From: Armatimonadota bacterium
GTDB taxonomy: Bacteria > Armatimonadota > UBA10988
Assembly (NCBI GenBank): GCA_016235455.1
Contig: JACRKZ010000166.1
Coordinates: 845-64,844 of the forward strand
Reading direction: 5' to 3'
Length of the DNA: 64,000 bases
Shown here: positions 28,304 through 37,233 of the stretch, one piece after another
How the letters are laid out: every line of letters starts with the position of its first letter
Position numbering within the stretch: the stretch's first letter is position 1
Notes under the pieces: generated by a model
The model's input: only the letters and a program-made list of their open reading frames with translations
Told to the model about the DNA's origin: nothing
Databases searched by the model: none
Program-made: the position numbers and the translations under genes

Positions 28304-29425
28304 CTAGATCGTCGTCGGGTCGCCGTGGCGAGGCGGCAGCGGGTGAGGCCGGACCAGGGCGCCGCCCTGTTCGTAGCTCTCGATGGCAGCCCAGGTGTAC
28401 TCCAGCACAGCCAGGGCATCGCGGCCCGAGGCGCGCAGGTTCTGCGGCGAGACACCGTTGGTCACGTCTTCGAGGAAGGCGTGGATGCGCCGCGGGAAGG
28501 TCTGGCCGAAGTCGGTGATACCGGTGTTGGTCTCTTCGACACCACCGGTGCCGCCGCCGGACATCTTGCTCGGGTCACCGGCCTTCTCGGCGCCAGGCGC
28601 GGGCCAGTAGGTGATCTTCTCGATGCAGTTCTCGATGCAGAAGGCGCCCTTGGTGCCCGACAGCTCGAAGCTCCACCAGCCACCCAGGCCATACGGCGCG
28701 TCGCCGCGCTGGCTCAGCAGGTAGCCTAGCGCGCCGCTCTCGAACTGCAGGTGGATGCTGACGCTCGAGACCATCACGTCGCCCGCCTGCCGACGCACGC
28801 CGGGGCGGTTGGCGAAGCACTGCACGTGGGTCACGTTGCCGCAGTAGTGGCGCATGACGCTGAAGGGATGCGTCAGAAAGGCCTTGAAGTGCGCGTAGGG
28901 GAAGCCCCACCAGCGCGGATCCTTGTTGGGGGCGTAGTTGTACTCGCCACCAGAGAAGCCCATCTTGTGCAGGCAGTAGACCAGCTCGCCCACCTGCCCG
29001 TTCCTGATGTATTCCTCGCCCTTGGCCGCGGTCTCGGTGAAGAAGTGGTTGAGGTTGCAGCCCAGCAGCAGGTTCTTCTCCGCGGCCTTGGCCACCATCT
29101 GCCGAGCCTCGGTGATCTCGTTGCTCAGCGGCTTCTCGCACAGCACGGCCTTGCCGGCTTCGAGCGCTTCCATGGTGGGCTCAAAGTGCCAGGAGCCGTT
29201 CTCGAAACCGCCGGTGGTGACGTCGACGATGTCGAGGTCCTCGTTGCGCAGCATGTCGGTCAGCGAGTAGTAGGCCTTCACGCCATACTTCTCCGCGGCC
29301 TCGTCAGCCCGCGCCTTGACCACGTCGCACACCGCCACCAGATCCGCCAGGTCATCGTCCGTGTGGCACTGGGCGTGGTGGTTGCCAATGCCTCTCAAGC
29401 CGACCACGCCGACCTTCAACGCCAT
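28304..29425 (-). CDS. Gfo/Idh/MocA-family oxidoreductase (cytoplasmic)
   Basis: ORF 28304..29635, start re-picked at 'MALKVGVVGLRGIGNHH'. 'CEKPLS' family motif. Confidence 0.8.
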   Translation of the reverse strand: MALKVGVVGLRGIGNHHAQCHTDDDLADLVAVCDVVKARADEAAEKYGVKAYYSLTDMLRNEDLDIVDVTTGGFENGSWHFEPTMEALEAGKAVLCEKPLSNEITEARQMVAKAAEKNLLLGCNLNHFFTETAAKGEEYIRNGQVGELVYCLHKMGFSGGEYNYAPNKDPRWWGFPYAHFKAFLTHPFSVMRHYCGNVTHVQCFANRPGVRRQAGDVMVSSVSIHLQFESGALGYLLSQRGDAPYGLGGWWSFELSGTKGAFCIENCIEKITYWPAPGAEKAGDPSKMSGGGTGGVEETNTGITDFGQTFPRRIHAFLEDVTNGVSPQNLRASGRDALAVLEYTWAAIESYEQGGALVRPHPLPPRHGDPTTI

Positions 29426-29706
29426 GGGTATCTCCCTATCCTGGGCGCCGCATCCGAGTGCGTCGCGTTGGTAGGATCGGTTCCGCGCGGCCGGTCGGGG
29501 TCCTTCCCGCGGGTTAGGATTACCGGGCCAGTTCGTAGCACATGCGGGCCAAGGTGGCAGTTGCAGCGCCGTTGCCGGACGTTCACAACCTGGCAGCAAA
29601 GCGCGCTGAACCGTGTCCCGACGGCCGCGTCTCATGGTGCCGAAGTGGTTTCGTGGCCCGGGATGGTCCGAGCCGCGCTCGGTTCAGTCAACAAGGAGAC
29701 ACGACG

Positions 29707-30225
29707 ATGAAGAGCCCGCTCAAGTGGACCGCGCTGGCTGGCGTGGTGCTGATAGCTGCTATCGCGACGGCGGTCACGACGCCGGCACCCCTGCCCTGGA
29801 GTGCCACGGCCGGCAAGCCCAAGGTGGAGCCCGGTAGCACGACTGGCTGCTTCCTGTGGAGTGACAAGGACACGGTCACGGTGATGACGACCACGCAGAG
29901 CAAGAAGGGACTGCGCTGGAACGGCCGCATCGAGGTGCGCGGTGCCACCATCGTCGCGCCGCGCGGCATGAAGGACGAGAAGCGTGACGGCTTCAGCCAG
30001 CCCAAACCCAACGTGCTGGAGTTCAGCTTCGACACCCATACCAACGTCGACGGTGTGAAGTTTGGCCTGAAGCCCGACCCCAAGGCCACCCCCTCGGGCG
30101 ACACGCCCAAGCCGGTGCTCTGTGCCGGTGTGAAGCTGGAGGGCAATGTGACGCCGAAGCTGTACTACGGCGCCAAGCCCACCGCCGCTCCGAGCAACCC
30201 GGTGGCCTTCGACCTGACCAGGTGA
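29707..30225 (+). CDS. small secreted protein of unknown function
   Basis: ATG 29707 after 'aaggagac'. Signal/TM 'MKSPLKWTALAGVVLIAAIATAV'. Beta-rich. No recognisable family. Confidence 0.4.
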   Translation: MKSPLKWTALAGVVLIAAIATAVTTPAPLPWSATAGKPKVEPGSTTGCFLWSDKDTVTVMTTTQSKKGLRWNGRIEVRGATIVAPRGMKDEKRDGFSQPKPNVLEFSFDTHTNVDGVKFGLKPDPKATPSGDTPKPVLCAGVKLEGNVTPKLYYGAKPTAAPSNPVAFDLTR

Positions 30226-30318
30226 TGGCCGTCCTGCGCGGCGACGCCAGTCCCTGTGGCGCCGCCACGCAGCGTAGATAGGGCGGGCCGCCGGCAGGAG
30301 TGCCGGCGGCCCGCTGGC

Positions 30319-33087
30319 TTATTGCGCGTCGCGGCAGACGGTCGCGTCCGGCACCGCGCCGGGCATGTCGTCCCGCGGCTTGACGGCCAGTTGCTGCCGT
30401 ACCGGCGCGAACACGGCCAGGATGGCCTGATAGTCCGGGTCACTGGTGCCCGCGAAGACTGCCTGACCGCACTTGCCGCTGCCGCCCTGGGCTTTGGCCA
30501 GCGGCGCGGCAGCGAAGCCGTTGAGTTCGGGCCGGTCGAGCCGGGTCCATACCGGCCGCGGCAGCGACTGCGCATGGCACGAGGCGCAGCGCCGCTGGCG
30601 TACGTCGGCCAGCACCTTGTCGAGCCCAGCGGGATAGATGCGGCGGCAGCCGACGGCCAGCGGGTAGGCGGTCTCGCTGGTGCCGTAGTAGGGCACGTTG
30701 AGGTCGATCCAGCTCAGGATGCGTTGCCGCTCGCCGGCCTCGAGCTTCACCCGGGCCTGGCCGTCGGCGCCGGCATGGCCGCCGATGACGATGTCGGCCA
30801 GCCGGCTGCGCGGCGAGCCCCAGGCGCGCGGCGTGATCTCCAGGATGTTGGCCTCCTGGCCGTTGTAGGTGGGGATCCACGACGTGTATGGGTTGTCCAG
30901 CTCGCCCTCGCCGATGGACCGTCTCCCGCGCGCCAGCGTCTCATACGAGACGTTGAAGAAGTCGGTCTTGTCGCCGGCCAGATCGACCCCGCCCGCGGGC
31001 GCCACGCCGTCATGGCAACTCACACAATGCCGGTCCAGCACCGGCTGCACCACCGACGCGTAGTCGAAGCCGACGCCTTGGCCCCAGTCGGGAGGCGTGA
31101 GCGCCGCGGGAGGCGAGGCCAGCGCCGACGGTCGACGTGGCGGCGTGGTCGTCGTGCGCTGCTCGTGACAGCCGACGCAACCTTGCGTCTCGCCCGGCAT
31201 GAGGTGGGTGAAGGTCCTCATGCGCTGGACGGCACGGCCTTCGGCGTCGAGCGCCATGAAGTAGATGGGTACGCCCGCGGGCACCTGGAAGTGCGCCGAG
31301 CCGTCGTCGGCCACGGGTGCGAAGCCCCAGACCTTCTTGCCCGCGTAGGTTGCGCCGCAGGAGATCACCGGGAACTGGAACCCGAAGGCGCGGTTGGCCA
31401 CGTCGGTGCGGACCGGCTTCTCCATCTCCTGCACCACGGCGATGCGCTTCACCTCGCCGCGCTTCACCACTGGCTCCAACCCGCGATAGACGTCCTCGAC
31501 GAACATCGTGGCCCACCCGCCCACGCCCGCCGACGCTGGTTCTGACAACTTCGTGGCGATGGCCGGCACCGCCCGCGCTCGCACCGGCGCGGCGTTGTGG
31601 AAGCCCATGCCGTCGCGCGGCGCGACCACCTCGGCTTCGCTGGTGCGGGCATAGTCGCGCAGCAGCACGGTGCCATCGCGCGACACCAGGTACCACTGGT
31701 CGTCGAGCGGGTAGGGTGTGGCATAGGGCCCGCGGATGTGGTTGCCGCTGCCCTGGTCGACCTTGCCGGCATCGATCTCGGGCGTGAGGTTGGTCAGCGC
31801 GGCCTGGGTGTTGTCGCCGTAGCCACGGTCGATCAGCCCGATGGCGCCGCGAGCCGGGCCGTTGTGCGCGGTCAGCGTGCACAACACCTTGGTGCTGCCG
31901 GGCACCGCGCGAGCTTCCATGATGGTGGCGGGACTGAGCACGCGATTGCCCCAGAATCCGGCCAGACCCGTGCCGTCGGGACTGATGGTCCACAGGCTCT
32001 GGATGGGGATGGCCGGCCGGTCGACGTATTCCCACCGGGAGTAGATGATACGCCCGTCGTTCAGCACGCTCGGCGTGAAGTCGTTGACCAGATTGGCGCT
32101 CAGCCGACGCGCATCGCTGCCGTCGGCGTTCATCCTGAACAGCAGGCCGACGGGCGACACCCAGCAGTAAGCGAACCGGGCCGCGCGCGTGGACAGGAAG
32201 GCGATGCCGCCATCCGGCAGCCAGCAGCCGTTGTAGTCATGCCAGCGGCCGGTGGTCAGTTGCCGGAGTCCGGTGCCGTCGGCGGCGACGGTCCACAGGT
32301 GATAGCCCTGGTCGGTGGCCTGGCGCCAACTGAAGAGGATGGTCCGCGCGTCGGGCGAGACGTCGCAGTCGAGGATCTGCCCCGCGCCGGCGTCGACCAG
32401 CCGTGTCATCGCACCGTCGGGCTCGCGCCGCCACAGGCCGCCGCCGGCCCGGAAGCCCTCGGTGTGGTAGGTGTAGACGTGGCTGGAATCGATGGGGTAG
32501 CGCTGCACCATGACCAGCGGGTCGAGCTTGACCGGGAGTTCGGCCAGCGCCTTGACATCGAGCGTCGACTCGCCGGGCAGCGAGCGCTTGGGCGCCGGCG
32601 TGGCAAAGACCATGATCTCCGATGCGCCGGGGTTGGAGCCGCCATAGGAGCTGCCAAAGACGAAACGGAGCGACTTGGTGACCACTGGCTGGGCCAGCGT
32701 GATCCGCTGCGGGTCGCTGCGCTGCCGGAACTGGCCTGCAGCCAGTTCCTTACTGTCCGCGTCGAGCAGCCGATAGCCCTGCCAGGCTTCGGCCATCTCC
32801 CAGGCGTTGCGCGCGTAGTAGACCACCTCGGCCACGGTGACCGGCTCGGGCCAGGTCAGTGTGAACTCGGCGCCCTGCCGATGCGTGCTCCCGTTGACCG
32901 CCCAGGCCCGGCCGACGTCGTCGTGCGAGCCCGCGCCGGGAATGACGCCGTCGATGGCGCGGTCGGCGCCGTAGGTGTCGTTGAACGCCGACGTGGCGGT
33001 CGCCGTGGCGTGACGAGCCAGGTTCTCGGGCATCTCGGCGGCGGTCAGGCCGCCGAGCGACAGCAGGCAAGCGATCAATGCGCGCAT
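30319..33087 (-). CDS. paralog 2 of discoidin / PD40-propeller / multi-haem c-type cytochrome protein (three CxxCH: GCVGCHE, CVSCHD, RCASCHA)
   Basis: ORF 30319..33510, start at 'MRALIACLLSLGGLTAAE'. Colinear with 4516..7683 ('GETQGCVGCHEQRT...HCVSCHDG...SWIDLNVPYYG'). Confidence 0.7.
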   Translation of the reverse strand: MRALIACLLSLGGLTAAEMPENLARHATATATSAFNDTYGADRAIDGVIPGAGSHDDVGRAWAVNGSTHRQGAEFTLTWPEPVTVAEVVYYARNAWEMAEAWQGYRLLDADSKELAAGQFRQRSDPQRITLAQPVVTKSLRFVFGSSYGGSNPGASEIMVFATPAPKRSLPGESTLDVKALAELPVKLDPLVMVQRYPIDSSHVYTYHTEGFRAGGGLWRREPDGAMTRLVDAGAGQILDCDVSPDARTILFSWRQATDQGYHLWTVAADGTGLRQLTTGRWHDYNGCWLPDGGIAFLSTRAARFAYCWVSPVGLLFRMNADGSDARRLSANLVNDFTPSVLNDGRIIYSRWEYVDRPAIPIQSLWTISPDGTGLAGFWGNRVLSPATIMEARAVPGSTKVLCTLTAHNGPARGAIGLIDRGYGDNTQAALTNLTPEIDAGKVDQGSGNHIRGPYATPYPLDDQWYLVSRDGTVLLRDYARTSEAEVVAPRDGMGFHNAAPVRARAVPAIATKLSEPASAGVGGWATMFVEDVYRGLEPVVKRGEVKRIAVVQEMEKPVRTDVANRAFGFQFPVISCGATYAGKKVWGFAPVADDGSAHFQVPAGVPIYFMALDAEGRAVQRMRTFTHLMPGETQGCVGCHEQRTTTTPPRRPSALASPPAALTPPDWGQGVGFDYASVVQPVLDRHCVSCHDGVAPAGGVDLAGDKTDFFNVSYETLARGRRSIGEGELDNPYTSWIPTYNGQEANILEITPRAWGSPRSRLADIVIGGHAGADGQARVKLEAGERQRILSWIDLNVPYYGTSETAYPLAVGCRRIYPAGLDKVLADVRQRRCASCHAQSLPRPVWTRLDRPELNGFAAAPLAKAQGGSGKCGQAVFAGTSDPDYQAILAVFAPVRQQLAVKPRDDMPGAVPDATVCRDAQ

Positions 33088-33136
33088 GAGGGTGTCCTCA
33101 GACGAGAGTGTGGCAGAGCGCGGTGGCAGACGCAAG

Positions 33137-35590
33137 CTACTTGCCGGCAATGCGCCGTATTGCTTCCACTTCGGCCGGGTCAAACGCTGTCCCATCGGCC
33201 CGCAGCAGGTCGTGATGCCAGACCTTGGGCGCCGGGTCACCGGGCTTGGAGCCCCACGGCATGTAGGTCTGCGTGCGCCCGGCGACCAAGCCCCAGCAGT
33301 AGCTGCCCACCTGCTTCTCCCGCAGCAGTGCCAGATCCGTGGCCCAGCGACTGCCCAGCACACGCGACATCCATTCGGTGCAGAGCAACGGCCGGCCCTG
33401 TGCGGCGAACTCATCGATGGCCGACCGCAGGGCCTGGACGTCGCCGTAACGGTGGAAGGAGACCACGTCCGACAAGGCCAGCATGGTCCTGGCGCAGCCC
33501 GCGGGGCCACCCCACGGCCCGGCGGTCAACGGCTGGCTCGGCGCGGCGGCGCGGGCCCAGCCGAAGGTCGCGGCCAAGAAGGGTTCGCTGCCATCGCCAT
33601 GCGCGCAGTTGCCCGGCTCGTTGTACAGGTCCCAGGCGACAATACGCGGGTCGTCGGCGTGGGTGCCTACCAGATCCTTGACAAACGCCTCGGGCCCCGC
33701 CCATCGGGTCCTGTCGGCGACGATCCCGTGGCCGGGGCTGGGCACCCAGCCGCTGTTGTGGACCCCAGTCACGGGGTCGGGCTGCGGGCCGACGCTCGGC
33801 TCTCGCCCGGCGAACGCGCAGTCGTCGAACAGCACGGGCATCACGCTCTGGCCATGCTTCGCGGCGAGTGCCAGGAAAGCCTCGAAGCGCGCGCGGAAGC
33901 CAGCGGGGTCGTCGGCCCACACCACGTAGTTGAGGAACACGCGCAGCGAGTTGAAGCCCAGACCTTGGGCCCAGCCGAGTTCGCGGTCCATGGTGGGCTG
34001 ATCGAAGGTGGCGGCCTGCCACATCTCGACATCGTTCACGGCGCTGGATGGCAGGTAGTTGCAGCCGACCAGCCAGCCCGCGCGCGCCGACCACTGCGCG
34101 GCGCGTTCCGTTGTCCACCGCGTCGCGGGCAGCGGCTCGGCGGCCACCAACTGCACGTAGGCATCGGTCGCATCGGCCCGCTTGTCGCCGGTCACGCTAA
34201 CCACGAGCTCATGCTGGCCAGGGGCCAGCCCGGTCAGCCGGTGACGCTGGTTCCAGGCCACGGTGGGGCCAAAGGTGTCCAGCGGAGGCAGATCGCGGCC
34301 GTCGAGCGCGAGGCCGGCGATGCCGCAGTCCGGGCCGGACTTGTGCACCAGAGCCAGGCCGGTTCCCGCAAACCTGATCCTGGCTGTGCCACCGGCCTCG
34401 CGGCAGAAATGCAGCGCGCCACCCAACGGGCCGCTGCCTGTCCAGCGTGTCCAGCCGTCGCCGAAGGCGATGCCGGCGTCGTCGTGCGCGGGCAGGCCAG
34501 GCCTGGTCTGCATCTGGCGGTAGTCGCGGTGGGCGAAGTCGAGCGCGGTGTCGTGCGTCAGCGCTCGAATGGCCGTGTGCTCCGCCGGGTCGTACGGTTG
34601 ACCATCACGGTGGTACAGGTCGTGAAACCAGACGGCGGGTTGCGGGGCGCCGCGCTTGCTCGACCAGCCGAACTGGCATTGGGTGCGGCCGTTGACCAGG
34701 CCCCAACTCAGGCAACCGACACCTTCGTCGCGCAGCAGCGACAGGTCGGTCGACCAGACGCTGCCGAGGGGCCTCGCCATCCATTCGGTGCAGACCACCG
34801 GCCGGCCGTGGCGCTTGAAGCGCTCGATGGCCGAACGCAGGCCGTCGCGGTTGCCGTAACAGTGAAAGCTGACGATGTCCGACAGCTCGATCTGCCGCTG
34901 GCTGAGGGCGGCCGACGCACCCCATGGCCCCATGGTCAACGGCTGGCTTGGCCGCGACTCGCGTGCCCAGGTGAAGGTGGCCTCAACCAGGGGCAGGCTG
35001 CGGTCACCCAGGCCGCTGTTGCCCGGCTCGTTGTACAGGTCCCACAGCACGACGCGGGGGTCCTGGCCGAAGCGGCCGACCATGGCCCGCACGTACTTCT
35101 CGAGGTCGGGCCAGGCGCCGCGGTCCTCGACGGCGCGGAGGCCAGGACTCGGTGTCCAGCTCGGCAGGATCATGCCGGGGACAGGTTCGCGTTGCGGGCC
35201 GAGGTGGGGCTCGGTGACCGGTGGGTCGCCAAAGCTGCAGTCGTCGAACAGCACGGGCATGACACGGATGTGGTGCCGGTTGGCTATTGCCAGAAACTGG
35301 TCGAAGCGCCGCTCGGTGCCAGCCGGGTCATCGTGCCACACCAGGTACTGCACAAACACCCGCACAACATTGAAGCCGAGCGTCTGCGCCCAGCCCAGCT
35401 CGCGGTCGATGGTCACGGCGTCGAAGGTGGCAGCCGACCAGAATTCGGTCGTGTTGGCCGCGCTCGAAGGCACGTAGTTGCAGCCCACCAGCCACGGCTG
35501 CGCGCGATACCACTCCCAGGCGCGTTCGGCCGGCCAGGTGGTCGGACCAGCCAGCAGGCTGGACATGATCAGGGGCACGGCGGGGGTCAT
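33137..35590 (-). CDS. secreted protein with two tandem GH5-like (clan GH-A) catalytic modules, each followed by a beta-sandwich domain
   Basis: Internal duplication: 'AERAWEWYRAQPWLVGCNYVPSSAAN...WDLYNEPGNSG...VVCTEWMARP' and 'TERAAQWSARAGWLVGCNYLPSSAVN...WDLYNEPGNCA...LLCTEWMSRV'. Confidence 0.75.
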   Translation of the reverse strand: MTPAVPLIMSSLLAGPTTWPAERAWEWYRAQPWLVGCNYVPSSAANTTEFWSAATFDAVTIDRELGWAQTLGFNVVRVFVQYLVWHDDPAGTERRFDQFLAIANRHHIRVMPVLFDDCSFGDPPVTEPHLGPQREPVPGMILPSWTPSPGLRAVEDRGAWPDLEKYVRAMVGRFGQDPRVVLWDLYNEPGNSGLGDRSLPLVEATFTWARESRPSQPLTMGPWGASAALSQRQIELSDIVSFHCYGNRDGLRSAIERFKRHGRPVVCTEWMARPLGSVWSTDLSLLRDEGVGCLSWGLVNGRTQCQFGWSSKRGAPQPAVWFHDLYHRDGQPYDPAEHTAIRALTHDTALDFAHRDYRQMQTRPGLPAHDDAGIAFGDGWTRWTGSGPLGGALHFCREAGGTARIRFAGTGLALVHKSGPDCGIAGLALDGRDLPPLDTFGPTVAWNQRHRLTGLAPGQHELVVSVTGDKRADATDAYVQLVAAEPLPATRWTTERAAQWSARAGWLVGCNYLPSSAVNDVEMWQAATFDQPTMDRELGWAQGLGFNSLRVFLNYVVWADDPAGFRARFEAFLALAAKHGQSVMPVLFDDCAFAGREPSVGPQPDPVTGVHNSGWVPSPGHGIVADRTRWAGPEAFVKDLVGTHADDPRIVAWDLYNEPGNCAHGDGSEPFLAATFGWARAAAPSQPLTAGPWGGPAGCARTMLALSDVVSFHRYGDVQALRSAIDEFAAQGRPLLCTEWMSRVLGSRWATDLALLREKQVGSYCWGLVAGRTQTYMPWGSKPGDPAPKVWHHDLLRADGTAFDPAEVEAIRRIAGK

Positions 35591-35697
35591 GGCGGCGGCT
35601 CCATTGCGCTGCCAGTTCGAGCGCGGGCGCGCGCCTCCTTCACGCTTGACGCCACGCCCCTCCTTGCCTAGAGTTGAGGGTGTCAGGGAGGTCAGCC

Positions 35698-37152
35698 ATG
35701 GTCAGGCGTACCGCTGTGCTGGTGGTTGGAGGTCTGCTGCTGCTCGGCGCGGCCCGGGCACAGGTGGTGTTCCCGCAGTTCGCCTTCCCGGCCAAAGTCG
35801 CGGGCGGGCATATCGTCTTCAGTCGCCTGATGCCCGTCAAACTGGCGGCTGGGGGGCTCACGGCCGACACCATCGTCTCCAAGCTGTTCGTCATGAACGG
35901 CGACGGCACGAACCCGCAGCCGTTCCTGGTCACGGCCGACCTGACCCAGTTCAAGGAGCCGCGCTGGTCGCCGCAGTTCGACCGGCTGGCCTTCAGCTCC
36001 AACTTCGCCAGCTCGCGCTCGGCCTGCATGACCGACATTTTCGAGGCACGAGCCGGCGGCGTGGTGCGTCGCGTGACCGGCAACGACCTGGTCGGCGCCG
36101 CGCCCATCGGCTATGGGTCGGTGGTCGGCCGCGTTGACCCGCAGTTCAAGGACGACCCCACGGCTGTGCATAAGGGCGGCGAGATCAGCGTCACCGCCCA
36201 GGGCATGGACGGCGCGGTGGTGCATCCGTCGCTGACCGACAACAGCTTCACGCTGCCCCGCGTCGCCGCGGGCGACACGGTGTGGGTCAAGGTCTGGGTC
36301 ACGGAGCGGCTGGGCACGCTGACCATGATCAAGGTGCGCCCCGGCGAGGTCACCAACATCGGCACGGTCAAGCTCAACGAGGGCACGTTCACCGCCTCCA
36401 AGCCCAGCCTCTCGGTGGGCGGGCAGCATGTGGTCGGCATGGGCGGGCTGACTCAGGTGGCGTTGACCGACAACCCCATCGGCGGGGTGATCGGCGAGAC
36501 GGTGCCGGGCTTCCAGGCGGGCAAGCAGAAGACGATCAGCGGCGCCGAGAGCATTTGTGTCTACGAAGGCCGCACCGGCGCGCTGCTGGGCAGTATCGAC
36601 CTGGGCAAGCTGGGCTACGAGCAGGCCAAGGAACCGGCGCTGTCGCCAGACGGCACGGCCATCGCGTGCGCCTGGGGCAAGATGACGCAGGAGAACCTGG
36701 CGCTGGTGCCCGTGGCCAGCGTGCTGGCCAATGCTCCCGCGCCGAAGGTGCTGGTGCCGGGCCAGATGCTCATGTTCCAGCCCGGTGCGCCGATGATCGG
36801 CTGTGGCGGGCCGGTCTGGTCGCCCGACGGCAAGCGCCTCGCCTTCACCCGCACCATCGTCATCGGCGATGGTACGGTCAGCGCGGGCATCTGGGTGGTC
36901 AACGTCGACGGCTCCGGCCTGAAGGAAGTGGCCGCCCAAGGGCTTGAACACCTGTGCTGTCAGCCCTGCTTCTCGCCTGATGGCACGAAGCTGGCGTTCA
37001 CGGCGCTGACCGGCCGGCGGGGCCCGCTGAAGGTCGAGCAGCTCATCGCATCGCAGTTTGGTCTGGACATCTTCAGCGTGGATCTGGCCTCGGGCAAGCA
37101 GACGCGGCTCACGCAGGATGGCGCGAGCTGCGAGCCGGCCTGGGGGCCGTAG
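35698..37152 (+). CDS. secreted TolB/PD40-like beta-propeller repeat protein
   Basis: ATG 35698 after 'agggaggt'. Signal 'MVRRTAVLVVGGLLLLGAARAQ'. 'WSPQFDRLAFSSN', 'WSPDGKRLAFT', 'FSPDGTKLAFTA'. Confidence 0.6.
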   Translation: MVRRTAVLVVGGLLLLGAARAQVVFPQFAFPAKVAGGHIVFSRLMPVKLAAGGLTADTIVSKLFVMNGDGTNPQPFLVTADLTQFKEPRWSPQFDRLAFSSNFASSRSACMTDIFEARAGGVVRRVTGNDLVGAAPIGYGSVVGRVDPQFKDDPTAVHKGGEISVTAQGMDGAVVHPSLTDNSFTLPRVAAGDTVWVKVWVTERLGTLTMIKVRPGEVTNIGTVKLNEGTFTASKPSLSVGGQHVVGMGGLTQVALTDNPIGGVIGETVPGFQAGKQKTISGAESICVYEGRTGALLGSIDLGKLGYEQAKEPALSPDGTAIACAWGKMTQENLALVPVASVLANAPAPKVLVPGQMLMFQPGAPMIGCGGPVWSPDGKRLAFTRTIVIGDGTVSAGIWVVNVDGSGLKEVAAQGLEHLCCQPCFSPDGTKLAFTALTGRRGPLKVEQLIASQFGLDIFSVDLASGKQTRLTQDGASCEPAWGP

Positions 37153-37233
37153 CCGCGAGCGCCAGGCGGCCCCGTCCGACGCCGTCGCGTGTGTTATACT
37201 GACCGACGATCTCATCCGACGGCGGAGTGGCTC

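Noticed and set aside
28069-28729. Plus-strand ORFs 28069..28518 and 28211..28729 spanning the hairpin element and overlapping the Gfo/Idh/MocA gene
   Set aside because: No homology and low-complexity translation. They overlap a well-supported minus-strand gene. Likely spurious.
29455-29465. Apparent 1-nt frame inconsistency when hand-translating the Gfo/Idh/MocA gene (28304..29425). A similar one occurs inside cysD (11131..12090).
   Set aside because: The ORF-track translations are full-length and colinear with homologs. The discrepancy is most likely my manual base counting across line breaks, not a genuine frameshift or pseudogene. Flagged only so coordinates read by hand are treated as +/-1-3 nt.
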